IMG/VR virus record: IMGVR_UViG_3300018417_000005
Span: 25,368 to 89,367 of that record
Strand: one strand, 5' to 3'
Source: a virus
Length of the DNA stretch: 64,000 bases
The notes under the pieces were generated by a model that was given only the letters and a program-made list of their open reading frames with translations, was not told the origin of the DNA and made no database searches. Each line of letters opens with the position of its first letter. Positions within the stretch are counted from its first letter, which is position 1. Shown one piece after another: positions 9,897 through 17,299 of this stretch. The translations under genes were made by a program, and so were the position numbers.

Positions 9897-11762
9897 TTAG
9901 AGAACTAAAACCCAGTAACCTGGATTATAAGTGCCTTCATAACTGTTAATCCACTGCGAGCCTGTCCACTTGTATTGTGTAGAACTAGCAGTACTTGTTA
10001 CGTAATTTTCGGTTGACACATTACTAGAATCGTAAGACACTATCCAGCTGTTACTGTCAGCGTCGAATTCGATAATATCATTTTCTCTAGCTAAGATATC
10101 CCACGCTAATGTAAAATTAGCTTGGCCCGCCACTAATTCTAAATTTGATGTCTCGGGTATCTCTGGCGATCCTGGATCTGCTATGCCGGTATTAAACCCT
10201 GTAAATGAATAAGTGTATGAATTATTAGCAAAGTCTAAACCATCGTATCGTACTAATTCAACAATAGTTTTCAAGTCGTTTTCAAATGTAATACTAATAG
10301 AGGTCGGCAAATTATCAACACCAGGGGCAACGGTAATGTCTACGCGCCCGATTTCAACCTCCGGGAAAAACCCTACAGCAAAAATCCCATCATTAGGGAA
10401 AGAATCGATATACGTAGTAAACGGATTCCCGTCGTATAATACATCAGTGTTGGCCGCAATTAAGCCGGGCTCACCCAAATAAACATTGCTTGTATCGTAC
10501 CAACCTATCTCAGCAATCTCGAAACTAGATTTGTCCGGACCCTGTAAATCGTTAATTATAATAGTCCAATTGCTTGAGCTTTCCACGTTACCTAATGTAG
10601 GCGGAACTGCCGGTACTGCCGGAGTAATAACGGTTTCATAAACTGCAGGACTTATATCCTCAGTAAGAAGGTAACGTTGTCCTGCAGATGCAGGGTCAAG
10701 CCCGTCACCGGGATAAACAGCCCTAGGGTCTATAATGCTATCAACACTAGATACGGTGTTAGTAGGCAACGTGTCAGAATCTAACGTAAACGTCATCGTA
10801 TTATTTGACAGGCTTATACCTCCTACAATAACATCTGTATCGTTCTCAGGATCGTTAGTAGTGTTTAATTTAAGCAAGCTAGTAGTAGATACAGTGCCAT
10901 ACATCTCAATGACATTGTTCCACGATTGCTCTATGCCAGCGGAATTAAGTAACACAGCAGAACTGCCGCTAATTTGTAAGTAATAATCTCCTGGAGTAAC
11001 AATAACCTGCGCAGTATTTTCTATACTGCTAAAGAAGTCATAGTAATCATTATCGAATCCTAAGTCTGCTATACTATCTACAGTGTGAATATCTGCAATA
11101 ATTTTTTGTATAATAGATTGCGCCTTAACCTTAGCTGGAGGAGAAATCCAAATAGGCACCTCAAATGTAAGCGTAGCAATATCTAAACTTTCATCAACGC
11201 CGGCTGGCACACTTCTGCTAGTCCACGAAGTATTAGTTAATGTTATATTAAATACGTTAGACCAATCTAGCGGATTGCTATTGCTTTGTAACTCTAGACT
11301 AGGATTAAACAACACAAAAATTTGTTCTAATAATTGTAATTTAGTATCAGTGTTTGTAGTCCAAATATCAACTTGTAATGTAAGATCATACGGAACAGGC
11401 ATATATTTTTGTACAGTGTACAAGTTGCCCTGCTCAGAAGAGTATGTGCCAGTGTCGGGATCATATAAACGTTCAGCTACTTGTTTAGTGTCTACGTTCA
11501 TTGGATCTTGTGCGCGTTCTCTCGATAGCTGTAACTCATTAATGCTTAGTGCTATAAACGGCGCAGAGTTTACGACGTTCTCTGAGTTGTTCCTCAAAAT
11601 ACTCGATACCATTCTGCTAGCATCACCATAACGAACAGGCACTCGATTGTAACTGGTGCCGGTGCTTGACACTTCCTTTACTTGAAAGTGAGAAAACACA
11701 CGAATAAGCTGAAGCAAGTATCGCTTAATTTGTTCGTCATAAAAGTAGTCAAGATTTGCCAT
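9897..11762 (-). CDS. gp15: Tail terminator / sheath stabiliser (T4 gp15-like) with C-terminal extension
   Basis: YFYDEQIKRY..., VPVRYG, MPVPYDL..QVDIW..N...LQLLEQI...FNP gp15 motifs. Confidence 0.75.
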   Translation of the reverse strand: MANLDYFYDEQIKRYLLQLIRVFSHFQVKEVSSTGTSYNRVPVRYGDASRMVSSILRNNSENVVNSAPFIALSINELQLSRERAQDPMNVDTKQVAERLYDPDTGTYSSEQGNLYTVQKYMPVPYDLTLQVDIWTTNTDTKLQLLEQIFVLFNPSLELQSNSNPLDWSNVFNITLTNTSWTSRSVPAGVDESLDIATLTFEVPIWISPPAKVKAQSIIQKIIADIHTVDSIADLGFDNDYYDFFSSIENTAQVIVTPGDYYLQISGSSAVLLNSAGIEQSWNNVIEMYGTVSTTSLLKLNTTNDPENDTDVIVGGISLSNNTMTFTLDSDTLPTNTVSSVDSIIDPRAVYPGDGLDPASAGQRYLLTEDISPAVYETVITPAVPAVPPTLGNVESSSNWTIIINDLQGPDKSSFEIAEIGWYDTSNVYLGEPGLIAANTDVLYDGNPFTTYIDSFPNDGIFAVGFFPEVEIGRVDITVAPGVDNLPTSISITFENDLKTIVELVRYDGLDFANNSYTYSFTGFNTGIADPGSPEIPETSNLELVAGQANFTLAWDILARENDIIEFDADSNSWIVSYDSSNVSTENYVTSTASSTQYKWTGSQWINSYEGTYNPGYWVLVL

Positions 11763-11764
11763 TA

Positions 11765-12238
11765 TTAATCCTCAAACTCTGTTACAAGTTCGTACCGTGT
11801 CTTTTTACCGTCTTTAAATGCGATAAGTTTCGTGCCTCTATTATTGCTACGTTTAACAGAAGCATGAACCCATCCACTATTTTCGCCTTCGGCTGGGTTA
11901 TAAAATTCTAAAATAACTTGATCGAACTTGCAGTTATTAACAATCCAATCAGCAAGCTCTTTATTTGATACGCCTGCTATTTCCATATCAACAGCTTCGC
12001 CCTTACAATGTTGCGATGTGCGCGAGCCTCCTATTGCTTTATTTAAGTCAGGTGATCTATAACCGGATGTTACTCTAACAGGTTTACCGAAATGGTCTCT
12101 TACTGGCTGACAAATAGTCTCTACTAAATAAAGCAGATTGTCAAAATGCTCCCTGCTCGGTTCGTTGTTTATACCTTTGCGTTTTGCAGTCTCGGAGCGT
12201 GTGAACTCGCTTAAACTAAAATTCTTACTTAATTTCAT
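11765..12238 (-). CDS. Peptidase M15A (endolysin-like)
   Basis: MKLSKNFSLSEF, SGYRS, SQHCKGEAVD and WVHAS Zn-binding motifs; start placed at the ATG with an SD. Confidence 0.85.
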   Translation of the reverse strand: MKLSKNFSLSEFTRSETAKRKGINNEPSREHFDNLLYLVETICQPVRDHFGKPVRVTSGYRSPDLNKAIGGSRTSQHCKGEAVDMEIAGVSNKELADWIVNNCKFDQVILEFYNPAEGENSGWVHASVKRSNNRGTKLIAFKDGKKTRYELVTEFED

Positions 12239-12246
12239 GTTTCCTC

Positions 12247-13308
12247 TCAATTATCTGTTTTAGGTAATACAACTTTGCTGAGATTAGTTTTCTCAGGAGC
12301 AGTAGTACCGTCTGTGTTTGTTGTTGTATTGTCGTTGTTGACAAATGTTGTAAGTAGTTTATTAGCAGATGCCCAAACGTCACGTGTATCAGTTTCAACA
12401 TAAATCCAACGTGTACCGGATTTTCTAAATAATCTGTCTGGCTCAAAATCTGTACGTAAAAAGTAATCGCCATCTACGACACCGCTTGTTGGGAAAGTAG
12501 TACCTGTGCCTACAACAGCAGTACCATTCGGAGGATTACCGTCTCCAGAGAAAAAATCTACTACAGGCTTATCTGGAACTTCTGGATCGTAAAATAAATG
12601 TGCAGTTTCTCTATATTGCGGATCGTATGGAACTTCGAGTTCTGCCGCGGCTAAGATAGCATCATTGATAGCAATGTCGTCTGCGTAAGTACTAATAAGA
12701 TTACGTAAATCTTCCTCGTTCTCACCAGTGCCAAGAATATCTCTGTATTCCTGGCTGTCTGTAATAGGACCTAACTTAACTCTCCAAAGATGTGGCCACC
12801 AGCGTGGATCATAACCTTCGGCTGGCCTAGCGCCATCTGTAATTACATAAAATCCGTTTATGGCTTCGTCACTACCTAACAAAATATCGTCACGTAGATG
12901 AGGAAGTTCAATAACATCACCAGGCATAAGTTTTCTGCCTAATGATTCGAACATACTTTCTATATGGAAATTCATAAACAGCGTACCGTTTGCTAAAAAT
13001 AAACCAAACTGTGTTAAATCGTACGCATCATTATCTTGTATATTGTACTGCCCGCGCATTTCGTATACAGTAGTATCATACTTGCGGTCTCTGTTTTCTA
13101 AGAATAGTAAATCTTGTATAAATGTAGGATCGTCTGTGCCTGCGGTTGCTGGCCTAGTTGGATCATTTACGTCAGGTTGGTCATTAGCACCCAAATACTT
13201 ATGTACAAGCACACCAGTGCCGCCAGCATACAAATGTTCACCAACAATTCTGTCTATAAAGCTAAAATCGTTCGTTTTTATTGGGTTCCAGAGACTTAAA
13301 CGTGGCAT
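12247..13308 (-). CDS. gp14: Neck/head-closure protein (T4 gp14-like)
   Basis: DLTQFGLF, RKLMPGDVIELPHL motifs; lies next to gp15 and near gp13. Confidence 0.6.
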   Translation of the reverse strand: MPRLSLWNPIKTNDFSFIDRIVGEHLYAGGTGVLVHKYLGANDQPDVNDPTRPATAGTDDPTFIQDLLFLENRDRKYDTTVYEMRGQYNIQDNDAYDLTQFGLFLANGTLFMNFHIESMFESLGRKLMPGDVIELPHLRDDILLGSDEAINGFYVITDGARPAEGYDPRWWPHLWRVKLGPITDSQEYRDILGTGENEEDLRNLISTYADDIAINDAILAAAELEVPYDPQYRETAHLFYDPEVPDKPVVDFFSGDGNPPNGTAVVGTGTTFPTSGVVDGDYFLRTDFEPDRLFRKSGTRWIYVETDTRDVWASANKLLTTFVNNDNTTTNTDGTTAPEKTNLSKVVLPKTDN

Positions 13309-13335
13309 TAATTTTCCTCAAATGTTATATAACAC

Positions 13336-13344
13336 TATTTATCA
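13336..13344 (-). promoter_or_regulatory. Late promoter TGATAAATA (minus strand)
   Basis: TATTTATCA on + strand, upstream of the gp14-endolysin-gp15 block. Confidence 0.7.
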
Positions 13345-13388
13345 ATAACTTGCAAGGGTAGAAAATCCAAAAAAGGTTGCTAAATAAC

Positions 13389-13416
13389 TTGACATACTCT
13401 TATTTGAGTGTATAAT
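13389..13416 (+). promoter_or_regulatory. Sigma70-type promoter
   Basis: TTGACA-16 nt-TATAAT. Confidence 0.8.
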
Positions 13417-13447
13417 AGTAGAACTTAAACAATAATGGGTAGAAAAA

Positions 13448-13666
13448 ATGGAAGATTATATGTGGGTATTTTTGGGTGTAATTGCTCTCAACAGTTACTT
13501 TTCGTTTAAGGCGGGAGAGTCCAGCGGAAAATGGGTTGCTGTTCTCGGCACTATTAGATTTTTAAGCAAGTCTAACGCACTTAAGTCGTCATCTAATATT
13601 GACGATTTTAATGAGTGGCCACAAGAACTCCGCGAAGCATACAATAACAAAGAGGTGTTAAAATAA
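13448..13666 (+). CDS. Small membrane-associated hypothetical protein
   Basis: 72 aa with hydrophobic N-terminus, first gene after the sigma70 promoter. Confidence 0.55.
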   Translation: MEDYMWVFLGVIALNSYFSFKAGESSGKWVAVLGTIRFLSKSNALKSSSNIDDFNEWPQELREAYNNKEVLK

Positions 13667-14811
13667 TGGCTGTACGTAAAAAGAAGAATGTGTATTTAAC
13701 ACCCGAACCTGTATGGGCTAATCTCAAGAAAGCGGCTACCGGTACAGAAGACGAACGCTACAAAGCTCACCAACATGCTGAATTCTTTGTCCACTACGAA
13801 ATTGATAACAAGGCAAAGATTAAAGCAACTAAAGACTTTCTAAAAACATACAAATTAACTAAAGAACAGCGTAAGCAATTAAATCTATTGCCGGATTACA
13901 CGTTTGTTCATGTCGGCAAATATATCTGGATTACAAATAAACTTGGCTTCTCATACGAAGCCTTAGACGCAGGTATAGCAGAATACGTAGTAGAGTGGAT
14001 TGAACTTAGCAAAGACTTGAAAGAATTAAAACTTGAAGAAGAAGCCGCCAAACCTGAAAAGAAAGTAGTTACTATTCAGCAACGTATGCGCGAACAGGTA
14101 GTTGGATTAACTAGTGAATGGGAAGGCTACATCGACGACTTAGTTGATGGCAACTTTACTCTAGCAAAATTTGAGCCTTATAACGATATGCTAGCATTTG
14201 ATGGCGGATTGATAAAAGCTAATCACGCTAAAATCATTAAAGACGTATTTGAGCCTGCTTATACTGAAATAGTAGAAGTAATCGAAGGCGACGATGCGGA
14301 ATTAACACAGGCATACGATCATTTGAGTGCTAAAAAGAAGAAGGAATTCTTAGCATTCTTTGACAAAATTAACGCGGCTTGCGACACATACATTAAAACT
14401 AGCAAAGCAACACGCAAGACACGCAAACCTAAATCAGTTAGTAAAGAAAAACTTGTAGCTAAACTAAAATATCAAATAAACGATAGTAAGTTAGGTATTG
14501 CTAGCATTAATCCAGCTGATATTATAGATGCTAGAGAGCTTTGGGTGTATAATACCAAATACAGAAAGATTGGTGTTTATAAGGCTGACGATATAGGTCC
14601 AAGTCTAAGCGTAAAAGGCGCGTCGATTATAAACTTTATGGAAAACCTAAGTTTTCAGAAAACGCTACGTAAGCCCGAAGAGCAACTTAAACTGTTCAAA
14701 GGCAACGCAAAGACTAAGTACGGAAAAGCATTCGATAGCATCAAAGCTACGGATACTAAGTTAAACGGCAGACTAGGACCTAACATAGTGATTCTAAAAG
14801 CATTTAGTTGA
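13666..14811 (+). CDS. Hypothetical phage protein
   Basis: 381 aa; GAGG SD; basic C-terminal domain (LWVYNTKYRKIGVY). Confidence 0.65.
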   Translation: MAVRKKKNVYLTPEPVWANLKKAATGTEDERYKAHQHAEFFVHYEIDNKAKIKATKDFLKTYKLTKEQRKQLNLLPDYTFVHVGKYIWITNKLGFSYEALDAGIAEYVVEWIELSKDLKELKLEEEAAKPEKKVVTIQQRMREQVVGLTSEWEGYIDDLVDGNFTLAKFEPYNDMLAFDGGLIKANHAKIIKDVFEPAYTEIVEVIEGDDAELTQAYDHLSAKKKKEFLAFFDKINAACDTYIKTSKATRKTRKPKSVSKEKLVAKLKYQINDSKLGIASINPADIIDARELWVYNTKYRKIGVYKADDIGPSLSVKGASIINFMENLSFQKTLRKPEEQLKLFKGNAKTKYGKAFDSIKATDTKLNGRLGPNIVILKAFS

Positions 14812-14817
14812 TAAATA
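14809..14817 (+). promoter_or_regulatory. Late promoter TGATAAATA
   Basis: Overlaps the upstream stop codon; precedes gp13. Confidence 0.7.
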
Positions 14818-14841
14818 CTGTAAAGTATTTGGAGAAACTAC

Positions 14842-15603
14842 ATGCCTATTAATCAGATCGGCTACTTAAGCCGAGAAGAACTTATTAAAGAATTACGATT
14901 GCGGTTAGCCGACGATATGGTAGACGTTGAACTGGACCGACAACATTACGATGTTGCTATTGATAAAGCATTAGCAGTCTACAGGCAAACCAGTAGCGGT
15001 AGCACTGAGGAAAGTGTAGTATTTTTTAGCACTATTGCAGGTGTAACAGAATACACCTTTCCGGATGAGGTTATGGAAGTACAGCGTCTTTACAGACGAG
15101 GCATCGGCACTAACAGTGGCGGCGGTACAAACTTCGATCCATTTGATGTAGCATTTAACAATATGTACATGCTTCAGGCAGGCCAGATTGGTGGTCTTGC
15201 GGTATTTGACGCATTTGCGCAGTACAAAGAAACAATTAGTAGAATATTCGGTAGCGAATACGACTTTAACTGGAATAGAAATACTAAGAAGTTAAAAATA
15301 CTTAGAAATATAAGACATACAGAAGAAGTGTTAGCAGTAGTAAACAATTTCATCCCTGAGAGTGTTTTGTTGAGAGATGTTTATGCTAATCCTTGGTTAG
15401 CTAATTACTCATTGGCAATGTCTAAGTATATGCTCGGCGAAGCACGTAGCAAGTACCAAAGCGGATTACCCGGCGCAGGCGGAAATATCCAACTTAATGG
15501 TGAAGCTCTAAAAGCAGAAGCCGTTGCAGAACTGGAAGCACTTAAGGAACAAGTACACAACATGGAAGAGGGCAATTTCCCACTCGGCTTCATTATCGGG
15601 TAG
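14842..15603 (+). CDS. gp13: Neck protein (T4 gp13-like)
   Basis: RLADDMVDVEL, W...Y..A..K..LGEARSKY..LPG..G..QLNG motifs. Confidence 0.75.
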   Translation: MPINQIGYLSREELIKELRLRLADDMVDVELDRQHYDVAIDKALAVYRQTSSGSTEESVVFFSTIAGVTEYTFPDEVMEVQRLYRRGIGTNSGGGTNFDPFDVAFNNMYMLQAGQIGGLAVFDAFAQYKETISRIFGSEYDFNWNRNTKKLKILRNIRHTEEVLAVVNNFIPESVLLRDVYANPWLANYSLAMSKYMLGEARSKYQSGLPGAGGNIQLNGEALKAEAVAELEALKEQVHNMEEGNFPLGFIIG

Positions 15604-16414
15604 CACTAGTCCTAGCTACGCTAACGGCCCGTCTTTGCCCTTCTGATTTATTGTGCTTTATGATTTTTTCTCTGTGATTTTCAGATAACAACCGTCCTTT
15701 CGATAACACTTTTCGTCTTTTATCGTCTGGCGTTAGCCGATAATTTTTAGCCCCGTCATTATACCAAGACCTGCCTACTGCGTCTTGGCTATTAGAAATC
15801 TTCATTCTTTCTTTAGTAGTATCTGATACTTTCTTTCCCTTACAACTTCTTGACATGTTTTCTTTATATTCTTGTGTCCGTGGAGGCCGGTTCTTCGCCG
15901 AAGCAGTTACTTTATTTTTAAACGCTTGTGTATAGCCCGAATCTAGCAATTTTGCTTTTGGGTCATTCGGAAACAATAGAAAATTGCTACTTCCGTTATT
16001 AAATCCTCTCCGTCCGGTTATTTGCTTTCTTCTAAGTATTTTTTGTTCTTCGGTTACTTTGTTGCCAGTATTTGGTCCAGACTGGTTATAAAACGCAGGA
16101 TAAGCATTATTATTAGCCCAATCGTTTTTTCTGTATACTCTTGTTATTATTTTGTTCTCATACAAGATAGCATCATCTTTGTGGTCAAACGTCCAGCATA
16201 ATCTGTACTCGAATCGTTCGGGGTGATATTTAAATTCTTCCTTGAACTTGCCGGAGGTATGGTATTTTATACCAAAATCGCTAAGTGGACTTACTTTATT
16301 TGCCCAACGAACACCATAATATTTGGTATTAGACAGTATGTGTTTAATGTAATATGTGTACGGTAATACGTCGGTAAATCTTTTATGTTTTTTGATAGAG
16401 TTATAAATACTCAT
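15593..16414 (-). CDS. Free-standing GIY-YIG (Seg-like) homing endonuclease with NUMOD3-type repeats
   Basis: PYTYYI...KYYGVR...YHTSG N-terminal domain; GKKVSDTTKERMKIS and WYNDG repeats; antisense to its neighbours. Confidence 0.75.
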   Translation of the reverse strand: MSIYNSIKKHKRFTDVLPYTYYIKHILSNTKYYGVRWANKVSPLSDFGIKYHTSGKFKEEFKYHPERFEYRLCWTFDHKDDAILYENKIITRVYRKNDWANNNAYPAFYNQSGPNTGNKVTEEQKILRRKQITGRRGFNNGSSNFLLFPNDPKAKLLDSGYTQAFKNKVTASAKNRPPRTQEYKENMSRSCKGKKVSDTTKERMKISNSQDAVGRSWYNDGAKNYRLTPDDKRRKVLSKGRLLSENHREKIIKHNKSEGQRRAVSVARTSATR

Positions 16415-16472
16415 GCTGATACTCCTTTCTAGTATTAGAGTAGATGGTGCTCCAACACGCGATCTACACTTT

Positions 16473-16481
16473 TATTTATCA
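16473..16481 (-). promoter_or_regulatory. Late promoter TGATAAATA (minus strand) for the endonuclease
   Basis: TATTTATCA on + strand, about 58 nt upstream of ATG 16414. Confidence 0.7.
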
Positions 16482-16487
16482 TAATAC

Positions 16488-16515
16488 TTGACAATACATA
16501 AATAAGTGTTATAAT
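16488..16515 (+). promoter_or_regulatory. Sigma70-type promoter
   Basis: TTGACA-16 nt-TATAAT with TG extended -10. Confidence 0.8.
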
Positions 16516-16543
16516 TTAAAATAAATGCTCGGAGGATAGTCTC

Positions 16544-17194
16544 ATTATAATAGGACTCGTTGGATTAATAGGAAGTGGAAAAGGTACAGTAGCAGGAATG
16601 TTCGAGGAAGCTGGCTGTGCAACAGATAGTTTTGCGGCGCCACTCAAGGATGTGTGTTCGGCAATATTCGGTTGGCCACGAGACTTATTAGAAGGCGACA
16701 CTGTTGAAAGCAGAGAATTCCGAGAAACCCCAGACTTGTTTTGGTCAAAAAAATTAGATATTCCAAATTTTACTCCCCGCCTTGCATTACAGCTACTTGG
16801 CACTGATGTCCTACGTAAGCATTGGCACGAAGACTTATGGATGGATAGTTTGGAATATCGCATTCGTAAAAGTCACAAAGATCAAACAGTAGTAATAAGT
16901 GATGCACGTTTCCAAAACGAACTAAAACTAATTAACCGCATGGGCGGCAAAGTTATTTGGGTTAGACGCAACGAACTACCTGAATGGTGGGACACTGCTA
17001 AAGACGCAAACGATAGCGCAGTCGCACATAAGATTATGAAAACTAAGTACAAAGATGTACACGAATCTGAATGGAACTGGGTAGGTAGTCCGGTAGACTA
17101 CGTTATTCACAATGACGGCTCCATCGAAGATTTAGAAGAAAAAGTTAAGAATATTCAAAAATCACTTCTTATCCCTTCCCTTAAATTAGTATAA
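16544..17194 (+). CDS. Deoxynucleoside monophosphate kinase (T4 gp1-like), probable ATT start
   Basis: P-loop GLIGSGKGT lies upstream of ATG 16598; SFAAPLKD, TPRLALQLLGTD, VISDARFQNE, HESE motifs. Confidence 0.85.
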   Translation: MIIGLVGLIGSGKGTVAGMFEEAGCATDSFAAPLKDVCSAIFGWPRDLLEGDTVESREFRETPDLFWSKKLDIPNFTPRLALQLLGTDVLRKHWHEDLWMDSLEYRIRKSHKDQTVVISDARFQNELKLINRMGGKVIWVRRNELPEWWDTAKDANDSAVAHKIMKTKYKDVHESEWNWVGSPVDYVIHNDGSIEDLEEKVKNIQKSLLIPSLKLV

Positions 17195-17254
17195 TACCAC
17201 CTAATATCTCCTAAATTGGGCTAATAGCCTAAATCGCCTTATATTTGGACGATT

Positions 17255-17263
17255 TGATAAATA
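17255..17263 (+). promoter_or_regulatory. Late promoter TGATAAATA
   Basis: Upstream of the tail sheath gene, which has an AGGAG SD. Confidence 0.75.
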
Positions 17264-17299
17264 TAGTTACAACGCACTCTAAACTTAGGAGAAGAGATT

